From Mycolicibacterium smegmatis (GTDB taxonomy: Bacteria; Actinomycetota; Actinomycetes; Mycobacteriales; Mycobacteriaceae): a stretch of DNA of 32,000 nucleotides. The notes below the pieces were generated by a model, which did not search any database, was not told where the DNA came from, and worked only from the letters and a program-made list of their open reading frames with translations. Below, piece after piece: positions 9,663 to 18,537 of this stretch; position 1 is the stretch's first letter; the number at the start of each line of letters is the position of its first letter. Position numbers and translations under genes: made by a program. The stretch covers positions 3,450,001 to 3,482,000 of the forward strand of contig NZ_LN831039.1 in the NCBI RefSeq assembly GCF_001457595.1, written 5' to 3'.

Positions 9663-9699
9663 TACACATGTGTTGCTTATTCCGAACGGTACACATGTG
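9663..9699. promoter_or_regulatory. putative TetR-family operator: two copies of TACACATGTG containing the palindrome CACATGTG
   Basis: TACACATGTG at 9663-9672 and again at 9690-9699 (27 bp centre-to-centre) in the divergent intergenic region between the monooxygenase/MFS pair and the tetR gene. Confidence 0.6.
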
Positions 9700-9714
9700 C
9701 GTTAAGCTACGCAA

Positions 9715-10317
9715 GTGTCCTCTAAAAGTCCGTCCGTGCAGCGGCGTCGTGGGTCGGCACTGGAATCCGCGATCCTCGACGCGGGCTGGGACCAGCTCAT
9801 CGAAGCCGGCTACGACGGCTTCACCATCGAGGCGGTCGCAACGCGGTCCGGTTCGGCGCGGTCGGTGCTCTATCGACGCTGGCCGTCTCGGCTGGACCTA
9901 CTGAAAGCGGTCATCCGGCACCGCGGTGAGATCGACCGGATCCCGGTTCCTGACACCGGGACGCTGCGCGACGACGTGGTCGCGGTCCTGACCGAGTTCA
10001 ACGACCGGCGATCACGCATCATCGGAATCATCGCCGCTCGACTGGGTGCCTACTTCGACGAACCGGATGGGTCGCCGAAGCAACTGCGCGATCTGTTCCT
10101 GAGCGATGGGCCGACGGCGATGGAAACCATCGTCGAGCGCGCGGTGCAACGTGGCGAGCTTGCGGCGGTGCCGCCGGCCCGGATCGTCTCGCTGCCGGCA
10201 GACCTGGTGCGGCACGAACTGCTCATGACCATGACGGCGGTGCCGGCCGACACCATCCGCGAGATCGTCGACGACATCTTCCTGCCGCTGGCAACCAGAT
10301 CCGGCCAGGAACGCTAG
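9715..10317 (+). CDS. TetR/AcrR family transcriptional regulator
   Basis: ESAILDAGWDQLIEAGYDGFTIEAVATRSGSARSVLYRRWPSRLDLLKAVI is a canonical TetR N-terminal HTH; GTG start. Confidence 0.92.
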   Translation: MSSKSPSVQRRRGSALESAILDAGWDQLIEAGYDGFTIEAVATRSGSARSVLYRRWPSRLDLLKAVIRHRGEIDRIPVPDTGTLRDDVVAVLTEFNDRRSRIIGIIAARLGAYFDEPDGSPKQLRDLFLSDGPTAMETIVERAVQRGELAAVPPARIVSLPADLVRHELLMTMTAVPADTIREIVDDIFLPLATRSGQER

Positions 10318-10344
10318 CGACGCCCAGACGTCGCCATCTTGACC

Positions 10345-10769
10345 TCAGTCCGGGCGGTGAGGATCGCGATCGGCGTAGGCGGCGACCGCGGTGTCGCGGA
10401 AGGCTGCCGCCGATGGTGGCAGATAGCGGTCGGCAATCCAGCCCACGGCGATGGGACGAACCAATTCTTCGTCGTCGGTGCGGATCTCGACGGTGCCGGG
10501 GTGTCGGACCGGCGCGCGTGGGAGGACCCCGACGCCCAACCGAGCACCGATCAGTCCCCGCAACGTGGCAATGTCGGTCCCTTCGAAGATGATCGGCGGG
10601 CTGACGCCGTGTCGTCGGCACGCGTCGTCGAACAGTCGACGCAGGGTGTGATCGCCGTCGAGGGCAACCACGGGTTCCTCGGCCAGCTCGGCGAACCCGA
10701 TCGACCGCCGTTTTGCCAGACGGTGTCCATGCCACACCACGGCATAGAGCCGCTGGGTGAACAGCGTGT
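10345..10769 (-). pseudogene. LysR-family regulator remnant (C-terminal substrate-binding domain only)
   Basis: TLFTQRLYAVVWHGHRLAKRRSIGFAELAEEPVVALDGDHTLRRLFDDACRRHGVSPPIIFEGTDIATLRGLIGARLGVGVLP resembles LysR C-terminal domains; the 5' end stops exactly at the IS3-family junction (10769/10770). Confidence 0.7.
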
Positions 10770-11452
10770 TCGCTGTAGGGGTTGTCGTTGGATACCTTGG
10801 GCCGCGAATGCGAGCGGATGACGCCCAGATCCGAGAGCAGTCCGGCGACGGTGTTGCTGGTCATCGAGGTGCCCCGATCAGCGTGCACGACGTGTGGGAT
10901 GCCGTAGGTGCCGAAGATCTGTTCCATCATCTCCTTGGCCAGCTGGCCGCATTCGCGGGCGTGCACATGGACCCCGACGATGTAACGCGAGTAAATGTCG
11001 ATCATCACGTAGGCGTCGTAGTAGACCCCTTTGACCGGGCCGGCCAGTTTGGTGATGTCCCACGAATACACCTGCCGCGGCGCGGTGGCCACCAGTTCCG
11101 GGCAGACCGCTTTGCGGTGCCGGGCCAGCCGACGGCGCTCCTTGACCAGCTTGTTGGCATTGAGGACGCGGTACATCGTCGACACCGAACACAGGTAGCT
11201 GCCTTCATCGAGCAACGTGGCCCACACCTGCATCGGCGCGGCATCGACGAACCGGGCACTGTTGAGCACCTCAACCACCCGGGCGCATTCGGACTCGGTG
11301 AGCTTGTTGACCGGGACCGGTCGTGGTGCCCGATCGGCAGGCGCCGGCGCGGGTTTGGCGCGTCGAGTGGCCGTCGAGCGGTGCATGCCGGTCACCTCCG
11401 CGGCCTTGCGGGTCGGAATCTGGATATCCCGCAGATCGTTGTAGGCATCCAT
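10770..11452 (-). pseudogene. IS3-family transposase orfB, 3'-truncated (copy A)
   Basis: MDAYNDLRDIQIPTRKAAEVTG...VSNDNPYSE is identical to copy B, then runs out of frame into the LysR remnant (HAVHPAALCRG...). Confidence 0.9.
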
Positions 11453-11880
11453 CAGCGCTTGGTCGGCGGCGTGTCGGTGTCCGCGCTCTCGGAGAGAGAC
11501 TCCAAGAGCGCGTGTGCTTTTCCCATGATCCCCAGGGCAGCCTCGGTGGTCGCCAGCCGATTATTGGCCTGGGCGAGTTCCTTTTTCAGGCGGGCGATCT
11601 CGGCCTGCTCGCGGGTGAGTTTACCGACCTTCTCCCCAGGTGCCTTGCCTTCCAACACCCCAGCATCGCGTTGTTTGCGCCACTCGGCGATCTGCGAGGA
11701 ATACAACCCCTCACCGCGCAGGTACGCCCCACCATCGTTGGTCGTACAGGCCTGCTCATAGGCATCCAGGTGGGCCAGCTTCTGCGCCGGAGAAATCGAG
11801 CGCCGCCGGCGCGGGCCATCAGATCGCGGTGAAGGTGCCACCGCTCCAGTCTCGCGCACAGCAGCCATCGTCGTCGTCAT
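11452..11880 (-). CDS. IS3-family transposase orfA (copy A)
   Basis: 142-aa ORF identical to the copy B orfA product (MTTTMAAVRETGAVAPSPRSDGPRRRRSISPAQKL...). Confidence 0.85.
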   Translation of the reverse strand: MTTTMAAVRETGAVAPSPRSDGPRRRRSISPAQKLAHLDAYEQACTTNDGGAYLRGEGLYSSQIAEWRKQRDAGVLEGKAPGEKVGKLTREQAEIARLKKELAQANNRLATTEAALGIMGKAHALLESLSESADTDTPPTKR

Positions 11881-11936
11881 GGTTCAGGTGATTCCGTTCT
11901 CGCCCCGAGATCAAGCCAAGTTGCCAAGTTGCTAAG

Positions 11937-13594
11937 CCTGAATCCGTGGAGCGGCCCTCCTTGAGGTGTCCGTGTGTGGTTTCTGCTGCGTTCGGTGTTG
12001 CGGGCATGCGGTAGTTGCTGGTCTGCCCAGCTTTTCCTGTGTGCTCCGGTTGGGCCTGTTCGGCGCGTTGGTCAGGTCGTTGCCGGTAGCGGTGGGCTGT
12101 ATCCGATGGTGTTGCGCCACAACGTGAGCCAGTGCTCTGTCCAGGGCCAGTGCTCGGGGAGGTGCAGGATCGGTCGACGCTGGGGTCGGGCCAGACGGGC
12201 GGGAATGTTGACGATCTTGCGGCGCAGCGTCGCGCCGCGGGCAACCACGTGGGCACCTCCTGCGAGCACGCCGGCGGCGCGCAGCAGGTTGTGCGCGATC
12301 GCCGCGCACAACACCCACGCACTGTTGGCACCGAACTGTCCTGAGGGCATGTGGGCCAGGGGTCCGTCGATCAGATCGGCGAAGACGGTTTCGATGATCG
12401 CGTGCTGGCGGTGGGTGATGTCAGCCTCGGCGGTCGGCAAGTCTGTGTTGGTGAAGAACGGGTGATACCGCCACACCGGGAACAGCGCGTCCCGAAATCT
12501 CGCGTCTTTGACTCGCCGCACCACCAACCGCGCGGTGAACCGATCTTTGGTAGAGGCGAAGGCGGTGTAGCTGACCTCGGCGACCTCGGCATCAGAAATC
12601 CAGTCACCGGTGTCGGGATCACGCACTGCACCGGGATAGTTGACCGGCTCCCAGGCCTGCTCGTCGATCGAACTGATGGCCCGATCAACCGCGGTATTGC
12701 GGGTCATCACCACCGAGAAGTGCGCATTGTGGGCTCGGCAGGCGCCCACCACCGACCGGGTGCCGTAGGACGAATCGCCACGCACCAGCAGTTGCCCGCG
12801 CACGCCGGCGGCGCGGGCGGTGGCGATGGCTTGGGCGACCATGCGGCCCGCACCCTTCCCGGAACTGGTCTTACCGGCGCGCAGCCGCATCCCGGCGATC
12901 ACCGGCGCCGCTCCGGGGGTGCTGATCGTCGTCGCCAACGGGGAGAGCCCTTTACGCAGAACCTGCTTACCAGCGATCTTGGTATGCCCGTAGGAGGCAC
13001 CCTGTTTGGCGTGGCCATAGACCGGGCGCAGCAGTGAGTCGATGTCGATGAACGCCCCCGTGTCGGATCCGGGCAGCAGGTCCACCCGCGCACAGAGTGC
13101 GGCCAGATGATGACGCAGGACCGACTCCAACTGCCGGGCGTGTCCGAAGGTGAACTCCCGCAACAAAGTACCAACAGTTGACGGTGCATACACACCGCCA
13201 AAGAGTGTCTTCATGCCACCGGCGCGAACCAAGTCGAGGTCATCGATGCTGTCCGCGCCGACACACATGCCGGCGATCACCGTGGTCAGCTTCGGGGACG
13301 GATTCGCCGAGCCGGATTTGATCTTCGGTGCCGGAATGGAAATCTTGTCGGCCAACAACTTCGGTAGTCCGGTCTGGGCCGCCAACGTCATCACCGGCAC
13401 CAGACCGGCGCACGACACGAGATGGGCATCATCGAAGACCGCCGACGACACGGCGAACCTATGGGACACTTGCACCGGAAGTGCCTTTCGAAGTTGTGCC
13501 GATAAGTGCCTAGAGAACACTCATCATCACAGCTCAGAAGGCACTTTCCTCGTCACGACACCCTGCGACCAGCCAATTCATCGGTGGATCGAGG
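11937..13594 (-). mobile_element. IS1380-family insertion sequence nested in IS3-family copy A
   Basis: Ends CCTgaATCC... and (reverse complement) CCTcgATCC..., flanked by a 5-bp direct repeat CTAAG (11932-11936 and 13595-13599). Removing the element and one CTAAG restores the contiguous sequence of copy B. Confidence 0.9.
12072..13520 (-). CDS. IS1380-family transposase
   Basis: 482-aa ORF with VRGDSSYGT, ADITHRQHAIIETVFADLIDGPLAHMPSGQFGANSAWVLCAAIAHNLLRAAG, as in IS1380-type DDE transposases. Confidence 0.92.
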   Translation of the reverse strand: MFSRHLSAQLRKALPVQVSHRFAVSSAVFDDAHLVSCAGLVPVMTLAAQTGLPKLLADKISIPAPKIKSGSANPSPKLTTVIAGMCVGADSIDDLDLVRAGGMKTLFGGVYAPSTVGTLLREFTFGHARQLESVLRHHLAALCARVDLLPGSDTGAFIDIDSLLRPVYGHAKQGASYGHTKIAGKQVLRKGLSPLATTISTPGAAPVIAGMRLRAGKTSSGKGAGRMVAQAIATARAAGVRGQLLVRGDSSYGTRSVVGACRAHNAHFSVVMTRNTAVDRAISSIDEQAWEPVNYPGAVRDPDTGDWISDAEVAEVSYTAFASTKDRFTARLVVRRVKDARFRDALFPVWRYHPFFTNTDLPTAEADITHRQHAIIETVFADLIDGPLAHMPSGQFGANSAWVLCAAIAHNLLRAAGVLAGGAHVVARGATLRRKIVNIPARLARPQRRPILHLPEHWPWTEHWLTLWRNTIGYSPPLPATT

Positions 13595-13626
13595 CTAAGT
13601 ACCAGTGGACTCAACTCACCCTGACA
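13595..13626 (-). repeat. left terminal segment of IS3-family copy A, with one CTAAG target duplication of the nested IS
   Basis: The reverse complement TGTCAGGGTGAGTTGAGTCCACTGGTACTTAG equals the left end of copy B (21372 onward). Confidence 0.85.
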
Positions 13627-14623
13627 CCCAGGGGCCGCAGGCGCGGTTCCATTGTCGGTGCCCAGCGAGATGCACGTGACCCAGACTTCCCGGTATCAAA
13701 AGATGCTTGCGGACTATCAGCTGTTGGCACGCGAACAACTAATCTGCGGGACCCAGATTCATATTGGAATCGACGACCGTGATGAGTCTGTCCTAGTGGC
13801 CGGCAGAGTGGCCGCCTATATTCCCACTCTGCTTGCGTTGAGCGCGAGTTCGCCATTCTGGTCCGACGGATCTGACACCGGCTACAGCAGCGTCCGCACA
13901 TTGGTATGGCAGCGATGGCCGACCACCGGTCTGGCGCCTCCGGCCACGTCAGCCGCGGAGTACGACACCTTGATCTCCAATCTGATTGCGACCGGAGCGA
14001 TCACCGATGCGGGGATGTCATATTTTGACGTTCGCCCCGCCCTACGAACCCCCACCTTGGAGCTGCGCGTGTGCGATAGCTGTCCACGCGCCGACACCAT
14101 CGTGCTCATCGCGGCGCTATTCCGCGCGCTCGTCGAACGCGAAATCGAGGGACTACGCGCCGGCGTGCCTGCCGCCATAGTGGTGCCCCCGCTCGGCCGT
14201 GCCGCGCTGTGGCGAGCCGCCCGGTCAGGGCTGGAAGGCGACCTGGTGGACTTGATACATCCGGCGAGTCGCCCCGCGTGCGATGTGGTTACCGACTTGG
14301 TCCAGATGCTGCGCCCACAGCTGGAGGCATCCGGCGACTGGCATCCCGTTGAGGAGTTGGCGCGCAAGGCTCTGGCGCAGGGCAGTTCGGCGGCCCGGCA
14401 GCGCCGCGTCATGCGCATGCGCAACAGCCTGCTCGACGTCGTGGATCACCTCATCGCTGAGACCTCAGACGTCGCGCCCGGCGCCCGCGGTGCGTTGGCA
14501 AGCCAGAGTAACGGGGTAGGATCACCACTATCAGTGGTATTTCGAACACGCGACCATTTTGAGTGTGTCATCACTGATTTGAAGGACAGGGCCGCATTAC
14601 ATGGTTCAGATGGGAGCGTCAGT
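13627..14623 (+). pseudogene. GCS2 / YbdK-like carboxylate-amine ligase (glutamate-cysteine ligase family 2) C-terminal portion, 5'-truncated at the IS3-family end
   Basis: RYQKMLADYQLLAREQLICGTQIHIGI, LLALSASSPFWSDGSDTGYSSVRTLVWQRWPTTG, YFDVRPALRTPTLELRVCDSCPRADT and RMRNSLLDVVDHLI follow the family pattern. The frame remains open back towards the IS end, with no N-terminal domain. Confidence 0.75.
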
Positions 14624-15169
14624 ATGACGCCACAGCAGACACGCAGAAATGATCAGCGCTCCATCGTTCCGGCGCGCACGCCGCGCCTGCGGTTAAAGCC
14701 CAAAGCACCTCAAAGCGGCTATGTTGACGGGGCGTGGTGGCCCCGCAGCGAAGATCTCAGCGTAGAGCTGCCAGACCTGTTGGCCGTGCTCTCGGTACGA
14801 CTGGGCCGCATCGACCGAGTGCTTTATCACCTGAATGCATGGGTCAAAGCGCCGCGAAAGCTCACCACCGGAGGACGGACGGTACGCCTGGACGGATATC
14901 GCCTTCAGCCGATCAACACCATCGAAGTTCTCGGGCTCGACGGTGACCGGCTCACGCTACTGGTGGTTCCGTCCCACACTGATGCCCACGACGCACACCG
15001 CACCATGATGACCGCGGCGCAACCCCACAACGCCGCGACCGTCGACGGACTTCTCATGATTAGCCAACGAGACCGTGACATACGCACCGAGGCATCGACT
15101 GCTCAAGAATGCTGGGAATCAGAAGGCGGAACTACGGCTTCCCCACGGTTGGCGCAGCTGCCCGGCTGA
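14624..15169 (+). CDS. DUF5994 family protein, or in-frame C-terminal DUF5994 domain of the upstream ORF
   Basis: TPRLRLKPKAPQSGYVDGAWWPRSEDLSVELPDLLAVLSVRLGRIDRVLYHLNAWVKAPRKL...; paralogue of 16938..17525. The ATG at 14624 is preceded by a leader (CAGATGGGAGCGTC) shared with the paralogue. Confidence 0.75.
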   Translation: MTPQQTRRNDQRSIVPARTPRLRLKPKAPQSGYVDGAWWPRSEDLSVELPDLLAVLSVRLGRIDRVLYHLNAWVKAPRKLTTGGRTVRLDGYRLQPINTIEVLGLDGDRLTLLVVPSHTDAHDAHRTMMTAAQPHNAATVDGLLMISQRDRDIRTEASTAQECWESEGGTTASPRLAQLPG

Positions 15170-15460
15170 CACCGAAACTTCCACTGCGGATCCGCACCCG
15201 CGGGAGGGCACGCTCCCTCTGGGGTCTTCGCGGTTTTTAAGTGGGTGGGCGTGTGGATCGTCGCCCGCCCCAACATATTCGGGCATTTGGTTGGGGGTGT
15301 CGAAGAAGTTCTCACAGACCCACGCCATCTCGTTGCCGTTGACCTGAACGGTGACCATTTTGATCTTCAAGATGCCGGAGTCCGAATCGCAGCGCGGTTT
15401 TGTTGCCGTGCCGGTGGCCGCAGTGTTCGAAAAAGACTTCGCCGTTGTATTGCGTGACAT
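15119..15460 (-). CDS. hypothetical protein (start uncertain)
   Basis: Contains ILKIKMVTVQVNGNEMAWVCENFFDTPNQMPEY, with more natural composition than the surrounding frames; a 5' extension is possible. Confidence 0.3.
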   Translation of the reverse strand: MSRNTTAKSFSNTAATGTATKPRCDSDSGILKIKMVTVQVNGNEMAWVCENFFDTPNQMPEYVGAGDDPHAHPLKNREDPRGSVPSRGCGSAVEVSVSAGQLRQPWGSRSSAF

Positions 15461-16731
15461 CCATGTCGACGTCGGTGCATGGGGGCCACACCATTGAAGT
15501 GAAGGCTTGGCCGGTGCGACGTCACAGAAATCGTGCTGACTGTTTAACCCGAGGCCACCTTTCGGTGACGTCTAACGACGGACTTCATGCGGGACCGGCT
15601 ATCCGCCGCTGCCGTCAGTATCTCACCGGCGACGCGTTCAAACAATCCACCCCACCATGTGTATATTGCTCGGGTTCACCGGCTGTGCCCGTGAAAGGCG
15701 CGCGGCGGGGCCGGACACAGCAGGGCATACTGGGCGTGCCGGGACACTCACTCAGTGCCTGGTCCGCGTCAGCGTGTGAGCGGTAGCTTCCGATCGGGCC
15801 TTTGTTGGCTGTCGGTCGTCGGTGCTCAGCTGCGTTGAACGGTGGCGTCCAGGTCGGGATCGCCAACGTGGGCGCTGAGCTGGTGGCGGTCGGCCAGCGC
15901 GATGCCCAGGTGCGCACCAACCTGTCCACAGCAGCTGATCGCGGTGGTGCTCGGCGGTGGTGCTGCGGCCGAAACGGTCGCGGTGCAAACGAAACTCGAC
16001 GCCGCCGGGCCTGTGGTGATCGGTGGGCCCGGGCTCCGCGTCGTAGTGCAGGTGTGGATCCTGGTGGTCGTCAGCGATAGTCGTCGGCTCACCAGACGGT
16101 GTAGTGGCCGTCGTCGAGTGAGGTTTGATAGCGGCGATCACCGCGGCGCTGACCAGGGCGTCGAGGGCGATGGTCGATTCAACAGTGGTGCGCAGGATGA
16201 AGCTGATCATGGGACCGGCTTGGTCAGTGTTTCGGGGCGGCCTGCTGTCTGAAGCTTCAAAGAGCTCGCCGGCCATGCGGAGTGTCACCGCGGGGCCGGG
16301 GAATCGTGCCCTGTGAATCAAGTCTAGATCCACCCGCATGGCCGCTGTGCGCCCGCGTTCGCCAACACAGCGTCGCCGTGAGTGCCGTGACAGTCGCAGC
16401 GGCGTTGATGTGCCAATCGGTTGTCGCGGCAGCAGTCGGCAAAGTCGTGCTCGGCGGCGAAGTCGGACGCCGGCCCATCGGTTATCTGCGTCGCGGCTGG
16501 CTGCAGCACAACGCTTTTACGGACACAGCAGTGCAGCAGCTGGGCTGAATCGACCAGTGATCACATCACCGACATCGTGGCCAGTCATCGTCTGACCTTC
16601 ATCAATCCTCATTTCCCAAGTACACGCGCGCCAATACGGCGCAGCACCTGGGGATGCTGAGCGGCGTACTCCTCGACCAGACGCTGAAGGATCGTCGTAT
16701 AGGTCCATAACCCCCTGATGAACTGCGAGCA

Positions 16732-16941
16732 CTATGCGCGGCGATGAAACAGACCGTGCGGCTTCCGCTTCTCGTCTCCGGCCACCTCGGTCCAGCCCCC
16801 CGCCGGATAGGTCGCGGGCTGCATTGTTCCGGCACGGATAACCTCTAATGACCCATCGGCGTGCTTGACGTAGCGGTCACCGAAGCGTGCAAACTCATCA
16901 GTGAGGCCGTCGTTGCGGGTTACTTGTACAGTCATGGTCAA
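16732..16941 (-). CDS. small hypothetical protein (MTMTVQVTRNDGLTDEFARFGDRYVKHADGSLEVIR...)
   Basis: 69-aa ORF with plausible composition; the frame continues after a TAG stop as another coding-like stretch (see findings). Confidence 0.45.
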   Translation of the reverse strand: MTMTVQVTRNDGLTDEFARFGDRYVKHADGSLEVIRAGTMQPATYPAGGWTEVAGDEKRKPHGLFHRRA

Positions 16942-17525
16942 GTCCGATCCCTGGCGTTATCGCCAGCGTCTTGTTCAGAAGCCTTCGCCGGATGGGTATT
17001 CAGGTACGCACTGCGTGGTTTGGAGATCTCTGATTCCCAGCGCTGCTGGGCAATACTGGCCCGGTCCAAGCTGTTTCGGACGCGCGGTTGGATCCCGAGA
17101 AGGCGGTCCACACACGTCTCGTCGCTTGGATGTGCGGCCCTCATCATGGTCGCGTGCGCGTCGGAGGCGTCCGCGTACACAGCTATGACCAGCAGATCGA
17201 GTCGACGGAATCCCGGCCCTAGCAGACTGATGGTTGAGATAGGTTGGCGCTCATATCCATCCAGCTTGACCGGGCCGCAACCAGCGTCGAGTTTTCGCGG
17301 CGCTGACTGCCAGTCAGACAATCGGTAGAGTACACGTTCGACGTGTCCCAACCTGACGGACAGGACCGCTAGAAGTTCGGGAAGCTCAGCGCTGAGGTCA
17401 TCGCTGCGCGGCCACCAAGCCCCATCAACATAGCCTCTTTGGGGTGCCTTGGGTTTCAACCGCAATCTCGGAGTACACGACAGGCCGTGCACCCGTTGCG
17501 AATTCTCCACTGCTTGTAGCGTCAT
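16938..17525 (-). CDS. DUF5994 family protein (second paralogue)
   Basis: CTPRLRLKPKAPQRGYVDGAWWPRSDDLSAELPELLAVLSVRLGHVERVLYRLSDWQSAPRKL...; start chosen at the ATG at 17523-17525 rather than the longer 17615 start because the leader before it matches the leader before 14624. Confidence 0.8.
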   Translation of the reverse strand: MTLQAVENSQRVHGLSCTPRLRLKPKAPQRGYVDGAWWPRSDDLSAELPELLAVLSVRLGHVERVLYRLSDWQSAPRKLDAGCGPVKLDGYERQPISTISLLGPGFRRLDLLVIAVYADASDAHATMMRAAHPSDETCVDRLLGIQPRVRNSLDRASIAQQRWESEISKPRSAYLNTHPAKASEQDAGDNARDRT

Positions 17526-17685
17526 GTGGACGCTCCCATCTGTGGTCGAGCCAATCGACCTATTGATCGATGCTCCAAACCCGAATGGACAATTTGCATG
17601 ACCGAACACCGACATGTTTAACGCTACTCGCAGTCACACAAAATTGCGACACACGGGGCCGGCGTCTTTCAAGTAGCTGTTGGTG

Positions 17686-18531
17686 TCAGGAGCCGCGGTG
17701 TGGTCCGAGCAATCTGGTGATCGGTCCCGCGGGTCGGTGCATCGCCAGGCGTTGGTCGCATATCCATTGGTCGAGGGCGCCGGTGCTCCCGCAGCGATCG
17801 GGGAATTCGGTCTCGATCCGTCGGTGAAGCGCGTCAAGGAGTTGGCCGCTGTGAGGATGCGTCGTGGCAATGTGGGGCCGATAGTCGGCAAGGATGACAG
17901 CCAAGGCGACGTGATCGCTGTAGGCGTCGAGGTATTCCTCCACCGTGATTTCTCGAAGTGACAGCACGGGTGTGATGGTGCGGCCTTCACGCCACCAGCA
18001 ATTCAGGATTCGGCGTGCATCACGCATAGCGAACGCAGCGAATTCCCTGTACTGGTAGGCCATTCGCGCATGCCTGTGTGCTGCTGTGAGCACTGCCGGG
18101 CGGTGTTCGAGTGGTCGTTGATCGCCCCACCGGCGTGCTGGTGCACCGATCCATCGGCGATGGCGGAAACACACAGTGCGGTGTTCGGGCAGCCAGCAGT
18201 AGACCGGCTCATATGTTCCACGGCGCGCCATACACAACCGGCATGCGGACCGTGATCGGCGCAGCTGTTCGGCGAAACCATGGCCTCGGGTGAGGCCTTT
18301 GAGCCGAATTTCCAGCAGATCGAGGGGGTAGCCGCTGGCAGTTGCGAGCCATTCGGGCCGCGGCTGGTTGCTGACCGCTGTGCCCGACAGATAGGTGTGC
18401 AGTACCTTCAGGGGTAGGTGGTTGGCCTGGGCCAGTCGCATCGTGTAGGAATGCACCGTTTCGGTCTGCACCGGCCACACTCTGCGCGGCAGCGCCTGTT
18501 GTGGTCCATGGGGCCATGGTCTGGGATTCAT
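17686..18531 (-). CDS. tniQ: TniQ family protein (Tn7/Tn5053-type target-selection component)
   Basis: LPRRVWPVQTETVHSYTMRLAQANHLPLKVLHTYL, CRLCMARRG...YCWLPEHRTVCFRHRRWI (zinc-finger CxxC/CxxH), located directly downstream of tniB. Confidence 0.85.
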   Translation of the reverse strand: MNPRPWPHGPQQALPRRVWPVQTETVHSYTMRLAQANHLPLKVLHTYLSGTAVSNQPRPEWLATASGYPLDLLEIRLKGLTRGHGFAEQLRRSRSACRLCMARRGTYEPVYCWLPEHRTVCFRHRRWIGAPARRWGDQRPLEHRPAVLTAAHRHARMAYQYREFAAFAMRDARRILNCWWREGRTITPVLSLREITVEEYLDAYSDHVALAVILADYRPHIATTHPHSGQLLDALHRRIETEFPDRCGSTGALDQWICDQRLAMHRPAGPITRLLGPHRGS

Positions 18532-18537
18532 GCCGGT

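Larger units (their letters stand above)
10770..13626 (-). mobile_element. IS3-family element copy A, 3'-truncated and interrupted by an IS1380-family element
   Basis: 1167 nt (10770-11936) plus 27 nt (13600-13626) match copy B at 21372-22565 in inverted orientation; the match stops at 10770, which corresponds to copy B position 22565, inside orfB. Confidence 0.9.

Noticed and set aside
8881-9705. 274-aa plus-strand ORF opposite the FAD monooxygenase and the TetR intergenic region
   Set aside because: Antisense of a well-supported monooxygenase; no motif.
10223-11452. 409-aa minus-strand ORF as a single protein
   Set aside because: Chimeric: identical to IS3-family orfB up to NDNPYSE, then an out-of-frame translation of the LysR remnant.
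10757-11761. 334-aa plus-strand ORF, echoed as 22785..21574 on the minus strand
   Set aside because: Antisense of the IS3-family transposase; duplicated only because the IS is duplicated.
12351-13037. 228-aa plus-strand ORF
   Set aside because: Antisense shadow of the IS1380-family transposase.
15752-16595. Several overlapping 60-195 aa ORFs on both strands
   Set aside because: No frame stands out, compositions are low-complexity or arginine/proline-rich, and I could not recognise a family. This region may be decayed sequence.
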